Virus record (IMG/VR): IMGVR_UViG_3300035182_000456
Location: 1-39,999 of that record
DNA: 39,999 nucleotides
Strand: one strand, 5' to 3'
Origin: a virus
Lineage: Duplodnaviria; Caudoviricetes
Shown here: piece after piece, positions 19,448 through 28,811 of the stretch
Layout of the letters: every line of letters starts with the position of its first letter
Position numbering within the stretch: the first letter of the stretch is position 1
Notes under the pieces: model-generated
Database searches by the model: none
What the model saw: the letters and a program-made list of their open reading frames with translations, nothing else
Told to the model about the DNA's origin: nothing
Translations under genes and position numbers: made by a program

Positions 19448-19498
19448 TTTTTCCGTCTCCGTGTTGTGTTGTTGAAAGGGTAATGTGTCGATGGGGTA

Positions 19499-19527
19499 AT
19501 CATCGCATAGTGTCGGGCGCTTGTCAA
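19499..19527 (-). promoter_or_regulatory. sigma70-like promoter with GTGTCGGGCGC box (1)
   Basis: TTGACA-17-GATGAT; box at 19510-19520. Confidence 0.8.
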
Positions 19528-19531
19528 TGGC

Positions 19532-19870
19532 TTATTCGGCATCCTTGAAATCGGCAAGCTGTCTGTATTTGCTAGCAGGCTTTCCCGTCGCCGCTGCCAC
19601 ATCTGCCAACGTGTGACCAAGCATCAGCATGTTAAGCGCGGTGATTTTATCGGCTTTGGTTAGTTTGTTCGCTTCGCGGTATGCCTTATGCTTCTCCTTA
19701 TTCGCTTCGCGGTACGCCTTCTCCTTCTCCTTATTCGCTTCGCGGTATGCTTCGTTGTATGCCTTATGCTTCTCCTTATTCGCTTCGCGGCACGCCTTCA
19801 GCCGCTCTTTGTTCGCTTCTTGGTACGCCTTATTATGCGCCTTCAGCTTCTCTGGGTCTTTATACGCCAT
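19532..19870 (-). CDS. Charged repeat protein (AYREANKEK repeats) with possible C-terminal HTH
   Basis: AGGAG SD before MAYKDPEK; tandem peptide repeats; TLADVAAATG. Confidence 0.7.
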   Translation of the reverse strand: MAYKDPEKLKAHNKAYQEANKERLKACREANKEKHKAYNEAYREANKEKEKAYREANKEKHKAYREANKLTKADKITALNMLMLGHTLADVAAATGKPASKYRQLADFKDAE

Positions 19871-19871
19871 C

Positions 19872-21698
19872 TCAAAAACTCCTATGCTTAATCTCACAAA
19901 AATCACCCGCTTTCGTCCACGCAATAGCCCGTGGCGTTTTGTGCATCTGCTTTTCAAATGCTTGTAATACACCCTCTTTTGTTTTAAGCCCTGCAATGCC
20001 AAGTTCAACCAAAATTGAGGTAGAACGCTTGCGCAAAAACGCACTAGACGCGCCTGGATTGATGTATTCCTCAACATGCTTGCCGCCATCTAACCAATAA
20101 GTGATTCCCACGGCTTTCTCAGTCATGCGTGCTGTAACGCGGATAACTTGCCCTTCGTGCAATTCTGTTTCCTTGCGCAATTTCTTGATTGCCACACCCT
20201 CTGCTTTTAGTGCCAGCTTCTCGTTAGGGTCAATAAGCTCATTGCCACAATGCACGCACTCACGCGCCGACAATGCGTTCTCGCCTGCACAATTTGGGCA
20301 TTCACGGAAATTCCAGCGGTGAGAGCATTGGACAACATCATGCGCCGTCTGGCTCATCCCGCCACACCGTTGCCCCATGTGAGCGGCTATCGGTTCTCCG
20401 ATCTCATTGATAATTCGCTCTCCAAGAGTCCCCAAAAAATAACCATTCGCGTCTATCTCAAAACCGTCTGGATTAGGCTTGCCGCCAAATTGGTTGGTGT
20501 GGCTACAAACAGGGCAAACCACATCAAGCCGCTCACCTTTGGTTGTTGCTTTGGATCTAATTTCGGGGTCAAACACATCGCCAGCGGGGGCGTGTCGCTC
20601 CAAGTTTTCAGCGTAATCAAGTATCATAACCTTGCTTTTGCCATCAAACAGACGCAGACCACGCCCAATGATTTGCAGCATCAGACCAGGTGATTCTGTT
20701 GCCCGTAATATCGCTACTGTGCCGACGTTGGGCGCGTCAAACCCTGTCGTGAGTACTGACACATTAACCAAGTAACGTAACGCGCCTGATTTAAAATCCT
20801 TGAGGATTTGCGCACGCTCTTTTTTGCCTGTCTCACCCGTCACAAGAGCGGTTTGATCTGCTGGCAATGACTCTACGATCTCATGGGCATGGTTAATGCT
20901 TGCCGCAAAAAACATGACACCTAATCCCTGCTGTGACCTGCTCACTGCATCAGCAACGATGTCAGCCGTAAGTCTCCCCTTGCCCTCGAATACCTCGGCA
21001 ACTTGTGCCGCGTCAAACTGCCCTCGACTGTTAAGCACAAGCTCATTGCCGCCGTAATGCACGCCACCACTATAAAATTCCGGCATTGTTAAAAAACCAC
21101 GGTCGATAAGCTCACGGGTTGACACGCGGTAAACCAGCTTTGCAAAAAAGGGTAGTTTGTCGGGATTTTGGCTGATTGTTTCCGTAGGCATTGGCTTACC
21201 GTCTAAGTCAAGCTGATAGATGTATCCATCACCGAGACGGTACGGCGTGGCAGTCATGCCGATCACGCGTAAGTTAGGGTTAGCTTGACGCATCAAGCCT
21301 ATGATTTTTCGCATGGTCGGGTTTGTTTGATGACACTCATCTATCACCACCGCTGCAAAACCGCTGGTAAAGCCGTCAATGCCGTTAAGCACTGATAGCG
21401 GCGTGCCGAATACCACATCATGACGTGTCGATTTAATTCCGACTGATGCGCTGTAAAATGATGCTTTATTGCCATAAGCCACATACTTCTCGAAGTTTTG
21501 CTCGACAAGCTCTTTGGATGGGGCAAGAACAAGCGTCTTTTTGCCGCTAATAGCGTTAATCTGCATGGCAATATTTGCCGCTACCAGCGATTTACCTGCG
21601 CCAGTGGCAAGGTCTAAGCAGCATGATGTTGTGTGCTTGCGGATGTGGTTAATCGCAGCGTCTACGGCTGCTTGCTGATAGTCTCTGAGGATGTACAT
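19872..21698 (-). CDS. SF2 DExH helicase with Zn ribbons (RadD/YejH-like)
   Basis: ATGAGKS, DECH, TATP, LTTGFD and QIIGRGLR motifs; CxxC pairs. Confidence 0.92.
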   Translation of the reverse strand: MYILRDYQQAAVDAAINHIRKHTTSCCLDLATGAGKSLVAANIAMQINAISGKKTLVLAPSKELVEQNFEKYVAYGNKASFYSASVGIKSTRHDVVFGTPLSVLNGIDGFTSGFAAVVIDECHQTNPTMRKIIGLMRQANPNLRVIGMTATPYRLGDGYIYQLDLDGKPMPTETISQNPDKLPFFAKLVYRVSTRELIDRGFLTMPEFYSGGVHYGGNELVLNSRGQFDAAQVAEVFEGKGRLTADIVADAVSRSQQGLGVMFFAASINHAHEIVESLPADQTALVTGETGKKERAQILKDFKSGALRYLVNVSVLTTGFDAPNVGTVAILRATESPGLMLQIIGRGLRLFDGKSKVMILDYAENLERHAPAGDVFDPEIRSKATTKGERLDVVCPVCSHTNQFGGKPNPDGFEIDANGYFLGTLGERIINEIGEPIAAHMGQRCGGMSQTAHDVVQCSHRWNFRECPNCAGENALSARECVHCGNELIDPNEKLALKAEGVAIKKLRKETELHEGQVIRVTARMTEKAVGITYWLDGGKHVEEYINPGASSAFLRKRSTSILVELGIAGLKTKEGVLQAFEKQMHKTPRAIAWTKAGDFCEIKHRSF

Positions 21699-21723
21699 GT
21701 TATATCTCCGTGTTGTTGTGCTG

Positions 21724-21752
21724 ATTATAATATGTGTCGGGCGCTATGTACA
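21724..21752 (-). promoter_or_regulatory. sigma70-like promoter with box (2)
   Basis: TGTACA-17-TATAAT; box at 21734-21744; terminator hairpin at ~21760-21779 just upstream. Confidence 0.8.
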
Positions 21753-21798
21753 CAAGAAAAAGCCCCGGTTAAGGGGCTTCTTTTATAGTGTGGTTTCG

Positions 21799-22209
21799 CT
21801 AAAAGGGCACGTCAAAGTCCTCAAAATCCTCAAACTTTTGAGGTGGGGGCGCTTGCCGTGGTGGGGGCGCTTGCCGTGGTGGCTCTTGCGCCGCTCCCTC
21901 TGGCTTGATGCCTGCAAACTCCATATCTACCATGGTCGCGGTCAACTTAGCGCCGTTAGTGCCATCGCGCTTTTGGTATTCCTCCAGCTTGATGTCTTTG
22001 AGGTGCGCAACAATAGCACTACCTTTAACCAAATGTTTTGCCAATCCCTCGGCTTGCTTTCCCCAGATTACCGATTCCACCCATGTGGTTGTTTTGCGGT
22101 CGCCAAAACCAATGGTGAAAGCAAGCGCTACATTGCACACAGCCATATTGCTAGTTGTATACTTTAGCTCTGCATCGCGTCCGATACGCGCTAATCCTGA
22201 CATAATCAT
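21799..22209 (-). CDS. ssb: Single-stranded DNA-binding protein
   Basis: RIGRDAELKYT and WGKQAE motifs; acidic tail DFDVPF; GGAGA SD before 22209. Confidence 0.92.
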   Translation of the reverse strand: MIMSGLARIGRDAELKYTTSNMAVCNVALAFTIGFGDRKTTTWVESVIWGKQAEGLAKHLVKGSAIVAHLKDIKLEEYQKRDGTNGAKLTATMVDMEFAGIKPEGAAQEPPRQAPPPRQAPPPQKFEDFEDFDVPF

Positions 22210-22451
22210 TATGCTTGTCTCCGTTTTGTGGGTAATGTTGTGGGTAATGAAGAAGGGAAGCCATACTTTTTTACAGTCTCCCAATAATACAATGCGTGAC
22301 TCTCTGAAATGCGCCGCAAACGCTCTAAGCGCTCTAAATCGGCTTGCGCGTCAATCAACTTTTGCTCGTACTCTAAAACCTGCTGCTTTATGTCCACGTC
22401 AAACCCCCGTGATCTTGCGCAAAATGGCTTGCGCGTTGCTGGTTGCTGCAT
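22209..22451 (-). CDS. Small coiled-coil hypothetical protein
   Basis: Fills the gap between exo and ssb; true start likely the GTG near 22397. Confidence 0.5.
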   Translation of the reverse strand: MQQPATRKPFCARSRGFDVDIKQQVLEYEQKLIDAQADLERLERLRRISESHALYYWETVKKYGFPSSLPTTLPTKRRQA

Positions 22452-23007
22452 CCAGTGCAGCTATGTATTGCTCATTGCGCGTGTGGCGCTCAATGAACAG
22501 TTGATGCTCTGCCGGATATAGTGGGCAGTAGCTGATAAAATCGCACCACTGCCGACCAGACACAAACAAAAATCCTTGGATTTGAGCCGAGTGCTTTGCT
22601 GGTGTTTTGCCCTCTATAATTGTTTGCATATGCGTCCACGGTTCTGGACTTTTTATCTCAATTCCTCCGTCTGCACCGATCAAACCGTCTGGACTGCAAC
22701 CCGGCGAAAAAGGTTCGTCGCGTTCAATGATGAAACCGCACTCATTGACTGTTTCGCCCGTCATGAGTTCGTATAGTTCACGCGCCGCTGGTTCGCGTTC
22801 CGTTCCGTTGCGCATTGCATCAGTTTCAAAAAACGGCTTTTTGTTGCCGTAGTAAGCCGCTGCAAGCTCTGCAATGTAAGCCGTTGCGCTTGCTGATGGT
22901 TTTCCAGCAGGCGTAACCAAATCACTAAACCGTGATGCTGTAGGTCTTCCACGTAGGGCAAACCATTCCTCGGAATGTTGCTGTAAATCAGGGTAATAGA
23001 TAGCCAT
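22399..23007 (-). CDS. YqaJ/lambda-exonuclease family protein
   Basis: QHSEEWF..R..TAS, GCSPDG, IEIK and QIQG..WCDF motifs. Confidence 0.92.
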   Translation of the reverse strand: MAIYYPDLQQHSEEWFALRGRPTASRFSDLVTPAGKPSASATAYIAELAAAYYGNKKPFFETDAMRNGTEREPAARELYELMTGETVNECGFIIERDEPFSPGCSPDGLIGADGGIEIKSPEPWTHMQTIIEGKTPAKHSAQIQGFLFVSGRQWCDFISYCPLYPAEHQLFIERHTRNEQYIAALDAATSNAQAILRKITGV

Positions 23008-23660
23008 CACTCACCACCCAAAGTGTGAGTGATTTCTTCTTTGGCTTTGGCTGCTGCTGCTGCTTTGGTTGCTGTCGCCTTTTTTGCCGTTGCCATCACG
23101 TCGGCAAAGGCTTTTAGTGGGATTTCTTCGATACAGCCAACCTTAAGGCTACGTGCCAACCATGCGACAAATTTGCTTTCGTCGCTGCCGCCGTTTGCTA
23201 GCTCGGCGCGTAAGCTGTCTGCCTGACCTTGGGTGATTGTTTCGGCTTTTTGCGGCTCTGGTGCAACTGTTCCTGCGTCGTACAAGTCGCCGCCTTTGTG
23301 CCACAAATCCAACGCCACACCAAAGCGCATTGCTGCGTTGCGCAACGCATCGCCAATGGCTTCCTTGATCGCGTTCCCACCCTTTTTATCTTGAGCATCG
23401 CCATACCCGTAGCGGGTAACGCCCCCAATAGTCAAAGCAATCCACATCTCCACGCCAGACCCGACCATCGGCAAGCCCAATGCTTGAGGGTTAGCAACTG
23501 GATTCCAAGTCCAGTTAGGGTCTGCCTGCAACAGGCGGTCAGTCAATGCAGCGTGACCAACGTATGACAAACCCGCTTTAGAGCCTGCGTTTCTTGGAAA
23601 AGTGCTAATCTGGTGCGGTTCAAATGTTTTGCGTAAAGCCGCTTGCATTTCTGGTGTCAT
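23007..23660 (-). CDS. Rad52/Sak-like single-strand annealing protein
   Basis: LSYV..DRL...W and KEAIGDALRNAAMRFGVALDLW; in an SSAP-exo-ssb operon. Confidence 0.8.
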   Translation of the reverse strand: MTPEMQAALRKTFEPHQISTFPRNAGSKAGLSYVGHAALTDRLLQADPNWTWNPVANPQALGLPMVGSGVEMWIALTIGGVTRYGYGDAQDKKGGNAIKEAIGDALRNAAMRFGVALDLWHKGGDLYDAGTVAPEPQKAETITQGQADSLRAELANGGSDESKFVAWLARSLKVGCIEEIPLKAFADVMATAKKATATKAAAAAKAKEEITHTLGGE

Positions 23661-23712
23661 TTCAATGTCTCCGTGTTGTGTTGTTGAAAGGGTAATGTAT
23701 TTTTATGTGTTA

Positions 23713-23741
23713 ATTATCGTATAGTGTCGGGCGCTTGTCAA
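23713..23741 (-). promoter_or_regulatory. sigma70-like promoter with box (3)
   Basis: TTGACA-17-GATAAT; box at 23724-23734. Confidence 0.82.
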
Positions 23742-24565
23742 TGATTAAATGCCGCTGTAGCCTCATCAATTAACTGCTGCTGCTTGCCCATCGGCAATTG
23801 GTCAAATCCAGGATGATTTGCACGCAACATTGACGCTATGTCAATCGCTGGGGCATCTGCATAAGCCTCTTGTGTGGGCGCATCAGCCTCTACTGTGGGG
23901 GCGCTACCGTATTTGGCTATCAGCACACCACCAGCAAACAATGCCGCCGCTACAGCAGCTACAATCACTTTAACGTTGCTTTGCGGGGGCGCAACATCCG
24001 GCTGGCTGGCAACCATTGCCGCTGTCTTGCGTGCTAACTCTTGCCGCTGCTTTGCAAGATCGTGGGCTTTTTGAGCCGCTGCAAGTTTCCGCTGCTCATC
24101 ATATAACTCAGGGAATGCAGGCTTAACCACACTGGTTAGCATCGCCAACGCTGCATCGCGGGGCGCTTTGTGCTTTGCTGCCAAGTCCGCCCATACAAAG
24201 CCGTTACCCTCCTTAGCATCAACTACCCCGATCTGCACTAGCAAACCAAACGCATGATTAATTGCCCAATGCTGGCTAATCCCGTTGCAATTCTCTGACA
24301 CGTACTTGCCTAACTGCTTAGCATTCGCTGGCTTGCCGGGGGCAATCTGCTTGAGCATGATCATCAGTGCCGTTGTTTGTGTGCTTGGCTCAATGTCGTC
24401 CATATGCAAGCGTACAAACGCCGCCACCGAATCACGCACGTCTGGCTTGCTGATGTGGCTCTTAACCAACGCAGCGAGAACACGGCGATGTTTAAGCGCG
24501 TCCTCGGCTTGCTTTGTGCAGGTCTGCATTGCGCCTGCCAGTTGGTCGAATGGGTCAATTGTCAT
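23738..24565 (-). CDS. Hypothetical membrane-anchored protein
   Basis: Helical N-terminus, coiled coil, TM VIVAAVAAALFAGGVLIA; ACAACACGGAGAC leader. Confidence 0.7.
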   Translation of the reverse strand: MTIDPFDQLAGAMQTCTKQAEDALKHRRVLAALVKSHISKPDVRDSVAAFVRLHMDDIEPSTQTTALMIMLKQIAPGKPANAKQLGKYVSENCNGISQHWAINHAFGLLVQIGVVDAKEGNGFVWADLAAKHKAPRDAALAMLTSVVKPAFPELYDEQRKLAAAQKAHDLAKQRQELARKTAAMVASQPDVAPPQSNVKVIVAAVAAALFAGGVLIAKYGSAPTVEADAPTQEAYADAPAIDIASMLRANHPGFDQLPMGKQQQLIDEATAAFNH

Positions 24566-24624
24566 GGTAGTGTCTCCGTGTTGTGGGGTTAATGCCTGAT
24601 GAAAGGCACTGACCCATGATGTTG

Positions 24625-25362
24625 TTAAACCTTGTCGATAAGCTCTTTCAGATGCTCCCAGTCACGAACAACGCCAAACTGAACCATGCTTGTTAGCATC
24701 TTTTCCGCATCTGCACGGGCTGATAACTGATGCGCGTCTGCTTCGTTCCAGCGATTCACGCCTTTTTCCTTTGTAGGCAAACCAAGGCGTGATGCCAGCG
24801 CATTGGCAGCATGGACATACAGCCACTTGTTATCTTTCCCCACGCGGTCGGGCAACTGGTCAATAGCCATGTTGAACGGTTTGTAGCGGTCGCCTGATTC
24901 GTCACGGTTTTGCAAAAGTTTTCCTTCAACGAAGGTCTTATACACCTGATACTTAAAATCAGGGTTTAGGAATGTTGCAGCATCCAGCAGGATATACAGA
25001 TGCGCCCATGTACCGCCACCCTTGCCGCGCTTGGTTACGAACAATGAAGATGTTTTGGATAGGGATTCAGTCAAACGACCGTCATTTATAATACGCCGAT
25101 TCGGCGTATTTAAAATTTGATCACTTTCTTCATTTTTATAATCTGTGGATTCCACAGATTTAAACTCACGCTCTAACACAGCCACATATTCAGCTAATTC
25201 TGGTGAGCGCATCCAATGGTCAAGGTGTTTCGCTGGAAGCCCCTTCTCAATCCGGTATGCGTTGCCGCAATCCCAGAACTGGTTAAGGTTGCCCATCATG
25301 GTTTTGTGGTCGATGTTGAATACATTGTGACCGATGGTTACGGTCATACGTTGGTTTTGCAT
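24625..25362 (-). CDS. KilA-N domain protein
   Basis: NLN..W..GN..R and TKRGKGGGTWAHLYILLDAA..LNPDFK motifs. Own promoter TTGCAA-17-TATAAT at 25398-25426. Confidence 0.85.
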   Translation of the reverse strand: MQNQRMTVTIGHNVFNIDHKTMMGNLNQFWDCGNAYRIEKGLPAKHLDHWMRSPELAEYVAVLEREFKSVESTDYKNEESDQILNTPNRRIINDGRLTESLSKTSSLFVTKRGKGGGTWAHLYILLDAATFLNPDFKYQVYKTFVEGKLLQNRDESGDRYKPFNMAIDQLPDRVGKDNKWLYVHAANALASRLGLPTKEKGVNRWNEADAHQLSARADAEKMLTSMVQFGVVRDWEHLKELIDKV

Positions 25363-25426
25363 GTCTATCCCCGTTCGTTAATGGTTAGTGAGATTGCATT
25401 ATAGATAATGTTACCGCAGATTGCAA

Positions 25427-26689
25427 TCAAACAACCTCACGCCCCAACGTCCGATAGCCCAACACACGCGCTTTAGGGTAACTCTCAATACTGACTTGGT
25501 TGTTCTGATTGCCACCCAAAATTAGGACGTTATCCCCACTTTCCCCATAGTAATAGCCGACGTGACCGCGCCAATCGCCTTTACTGCCTCTCCACAACAC
25601 CACCACATCACCCTTGCGCGGGGTGGTAGTCGCCTTGCCCCAATCCAAAAATGACCTTGCATTGTCTCTACCCGTGCCAGTAATGCCAGCCTTGCGCAAT
25701 GTGCCATTAACAAATCCGGCACACCACGCATCTCCCACGGGGTCAAAGCCGACGATCTGGCGCAATTGCAGACGGTCATCACGCTCATGCAAGCCTAAAT
25801 ATCCCTTGGCAATCTCTACAGGGCTGCCAGCGTCAAACACGTCTGGTACGGCACTTTCACCAAGAGCCGCATACTCGGACGCATACGCGCCCCCTTTGTT
25901 GGTATTGCTCCCATGCAGGTAGTAATCAACCGCCGCGCCAATCCCTTGCAAGTGAGCCACAGCCACAAACCCCGCCGTTCGCTTTGGGTCATCGGCACGC
26001 AACACGCCACGGGCAAAGCCCTGATCAATGTTGAATTGTGCCAGCTTGACAAAGAAACCATCTTGTATGGACGGTGTGGACATAAAGCTGTCAAAGTTCA
26101 CGCCAGCCGTCCAGTGCTGGTTGTCTTGCAAAAATGCCAAATGCTTTGCCCCACAACTGCCGGATTTGACGCAATCAGGCGCATTGTCAAAGGCTTCGCG
26201 GTGAATGTAACCAGTTTGAGTAAGTGCAGCAGCCCCGCCCTGCCATGCGCCTATGTAGCCTTTTGTGTTCCAAATGGCGTAATTAGTGGATGATTCACGC
26301 TGCCGGATTTTGATCATCAACTCGGATGTCATGGCGTTGTTTAGACCGCGCAACTGTTGCCCCCATGCCATATTAGGCTTTGCGTACTGGATGGATGCTA
26401 ACCACGCGCCAACGGCTTCACCAGCGTATCGTGTGTAAGTGTAAGCGTCTTTGAGCGGGGCGCTTACAGGCGTTCCAGCGTCCTGCAGCGGGTTAAGTGT
26501 GGTGACAGTGATCAGCAGAGCAACGGGGGCGCTAAAGTACCAGGGAAGCATGGGACGTGTTGCGCCCCAAATTGCATCACTAGCGTTTTGCACGTTGTTT
26601 ACTACGCGGCTTAAATACTGTGTGCGTGCGTCTATCTGATCGACTTTGCGCTCAATCCTGCTTAATTGTGTTGTTGATAACTTAGCCAT
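25427..26689 (-). CDS. Membrane-anchored two-domain peptidoglycan hydrolase (lysozyme-like plus TIGR02594-type NlpC/P60-like)
   Basis: N-terminal hydrophobic segment; RESS.NY...GYIGAWQ; C-terminal AWCAGFV...GHVG...LGGNQ. Confidence 0.78.
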   Translation of the reverse strand: MAKLSTTQLSRIERKVDQIDARTQYLSRVVNNVQNASDAIWGATRPMLPWYFSAPVALLITVTTLNPLQDAGTPVSAPLKDAYTYTRYAGEAVGAWLASIQYAKPNMAWGQQLRGLNNAMTSELMIKIRQRESSTNYAIWNTKGYIGAWQGGAAALTQTGYIHREAFDNAPDCVKSGSCGAKHLAFLQDNQHWTAGVNFDSFMSTPSIQDGFFVKLAQFNIDQGFARGVLRADDPKRTAGFVAVAHLQGIGAAVDYYLHGSNTNKGGAYASEYAALGESAVPDVFDAGSPVEIAKGYLGLHERDDRLQLRQIVGFDPVGDAWCAGFVNGTLRKAGITGTGRDNARSFLDWGKATTTPRKGDVVVLWRGSKGDWRGHVGYYYGESGDNVLILGGNQNNQVSIESYPKARVLGYRTLGREVV

Positions 26690-26722
26690 TTCGATAAACC
26701 CATGTTGTGTTGTTGTGGGTCT

Positions 26723-26751
26723 ATGTTATCAAGTGTCGGGCGCATACACAA
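26723..26751 (-). promoter_or_regulatory. sigma70-like promoter with box (4)
   Basis: TTGTGT-17-TAACAT; box at 26733-26743; terminator at 26753-26773 upstream. Confidence 0.72.
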
Positions 26752-26884
26752 CAAAAAACCCGCCGTAGCGGGTAATTTATGAGCTAACATCCATTTCAAA
26801 TGTAGGTATTCTCTAAGCTGCCTATCCGGCAGTTAATTTTGATTTAGCCCGGATTTGAAATCCGTGCTGTTTCCAAGCTGCCTT

Positions 26885-27058
26885 TCACCAAAACAATCCC
26901 TTAATCTCATCAACTGCTTGCGTCCAGAACATGCTTAGCAAGTCCCCCGCCCACGTCGTGATCATGGGGAAAAAGAACGCTTGTGCCACAAAGATCACAA
27001 GCAACCAAATGGCGACGGGCTTTACAAAGTAGTGCGTGAGTGATTCAAACGCGTTCAT
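26885..27058 (-). CDS. Small membrane protein (57 aa, below the ORF-track cutoff)
   Basis: MNAFESLTHYFVKPVAIWLLVIFVAQAFFFPMITTWAGDLLSMFWTQAVDEIKGLFW; ATGA overlap with the upstream gene. Confidence 0.7.
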   Translation of the reverse strand: MNAFESLTHYFVKPVAIWLLVIFVAQAFFFPMITTWAGDLLSMFWTQAVDEIKGLFW

Positions 27059-27555
27059 TGTTTTGCCACCATGACCCCGCCAGCCGTGCAGTTGCGCCGT
27101 CCGGCATCAGTTCGCGCCCATTTCAGGCTTGTCTGACATTCTGCGGCTTCTTCAGCAGTCAGCCTGCGTACCATTACATAATTTTGCGCCTTTGGTTTTC
27201 CCGTGCCGTCTACTCTGATGTCGATCTTGCTTACCGCTTCAGACGTTGCCGCAAGCACCTTAAAAAATTGCCCCATGTTAATGCTTAGCATCCCGCCAAA
27301 CACCAACACAGACGCAAGCAAAAGGCTTGTAACGCCCCCGACTGTCTCGCGACTTGCTACCAGTGCTCCGCCGATCAGGACGGCACCGGCGCTAACTAAG
27401 CCGTTTGCAAACGCATTGTGCCCAACGCTCAAAATCTGGATGTTGCCGCCGCTGAACAAGCCAGACAACAGGCTAACACCGCCCAATACGCAACCAGCAA
27501 CGCCTACAAACGTGCTGGCATTTGCGCCGTAAAATCTTTCCCCGTACATGCTCAT
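27055..27555 (-). CDS. Gly-rich membrane protein (about 3 TM segments)
   Basis: Three hydrophobic segments; C-terminal Cys pair. Confidence 0.75.
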   Translation of the reverse strand: MSMYGERFYGANASTFVGVAGCVLGGVSLLSGLFSGGNIQILSVGHNAFANGLVSAGAVLIGGALVASRETVGGVTSLLLASVLVFGGMLSINMGQFFKVLAATSEAVSKIDIRVDGTGKPKAQNYVMVRRLTAEEAAECQTSLKWARTDAGRRNCTAGGVMVAKQ

Positions 27556-27588
27556 TTTATTAGTCCCGTGTTGTGTTGTTGAGCCTTA

Positions 27589-27617
27589 ATTCTATAATGT
27601 GTCGGGCGCTACTGCAA
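27589..27617 (-). promoter_or_regulatory. sigma70-like promoter with box (5)
   Basis: TTGCAG-17-TAGAAT; box at 27599-27609. Confidence 0.78.
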
Positions 27618-27897
27618 GCTGTTTTTTTAGCACGTCTGACTTGCGGTCAAGCGTCCAGTAACCAAACGCCTCCAAGCATTGTTGGTTGTAACAAGGCAAC
27701 TCTATGCCGCGATAGCTACCCGTGGGCAGCGTGCAATTGTCGGCAATCTGCGAATCATGCAAGCCCTCAACATGTACCGAACCCGTGTTGTTGCTCATCA
27801 TATAGACCGCAAAGAGCGCCCCCACAATGCCGCCGTAAAACCATGCGCGGATATATGCCCCGATCAATCCGCTAATTTCTCTGTGTATCATGCTCAT
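27592..27897 (-). CDS. Small bitopic membrane protein
   Basis: AGGAG SD; TM WFYGGIVGALFAVYM. Confidence 0.65.
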   Translation of the reverse strand: MSMIHREISGLIGAYIRAWFYGGIVGALFAVYMMSNNTGSVHVEGLHDSQIADNCTLPTGSYRGIELPCYNQQCLEAFGYWTLDRKSDVLKKQLAVAPDTL

Positions 27898-28091
27898 TTA
27901 AATTGCTCCTATTTCGTTAAGTTTCGTGTGACGTTTCTATTTCAGGTGTGTGACTAATCTCATTTTTTCGATGAGTCACACTATTTTGCATGGTTGCCTT
28001 CCTAAAAAATAGTGTGACCAATCAGAAAACGCTAATATACGCCATTTGTTTATTGGTTGCGCTTGATCGACGCAACCAATAACAGGCTGAT

Positions 28092-28544
28092 TTAGCGGCT
28101 TGGCGGCGCTGGTAGTTGCATCCAGTGCGTTACTTCACCATCTACCATCCAGTTCTCGTAATTGTCATTTACGCACCAGCGCTTGCCTGCATACATGGCA
28201 CGGATGACAAAGGGCTTACTGATGCCGTCGTTAACCACTGCAAGCACCGCTACGCCTGATTCTGGCAAGGTTTCCGCCGTATTCCAGCCGCTCCACGTCA
28301 CATTGCCGTAACTGTCAATATGACCACGCTTGTCATTGCAAACAAAGCCGTAGCCATCAATGATCGCGCCGTCATTGTCGTGCAAGTCTTGCCATTTGCG
28401 GTTTGACACGGGCAATTTCAGGGATAAAGAGTGCAAGCGTTCCGCCGCTTCGTCCAGCACGGCATTAACCACGCCGTCATCTGTCTCAATGTCACGCGCC
28501 AGCACACGCAACGCGCTAATAAGTGTTTGTGTGTTTGATTTCAT
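28092..28544 (-). CDS. DUF551-like phage protein
   Basis: W..AETLPE...VLA and VTHWMQLPAPP motifs. Confidence 0.75.
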   Translation of the reverse strand: MKSNTQTLISALRVLARDIETDDGVVNAVLDEAAERLHSLSLKLPVSNRKWQDLHDNDGAIIDGYGFVCNDKRGHIDSYGNVTWSGWNTAETLPESGVAVLAVVNDGISKPFVIRAMYAGKRWCVNDNYENWMVDGEVTHWMQLPAPPSR

Positions 28545-28580
28545 TTCGTCTAATCCTATTTAACGTCTACTAAATACACA

Positions 28581-28811
28581 TTAACAATAGTGGTTAATGC
28601 ACTGGGGGCGTATCCGAGCATTTGCCCGTTTTCGCCAATTCCGATAACCCCAAAATGGCTGTTTTTGGGCATTTTCGGGTTTGCCTGACTTCTGCCTGCC
28701 TTCTGCCTGCCCACCCGCGCTTTGTGCCTGCACTTTGGATGACAACTTTAAGCGACAAACACAAGCGCGTTTTGCACCTGATTTATTGATTGTCTGCATT
28801 ACGCCACTCAT
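28581..28811 (-). CDS. Possible small hypothetical protein
   Basis: ATGA overlap with the upstream gene, but composition is atypical and repeat-derived. Confidence 0.35.
   Translation of the reverse strand: MSGVMQTINKSGAKRACVCRLKLSSKVQAQSAGGQAEGRQKSGKPENAQKQPFWGYRNWRKRANARIRPQCINHYC

Noticed and set aside
21842-21882. 18-bp tandem duplication
   Set aside because: Encodes PPRQAP twice in the disordered SSB linker; ordinary.
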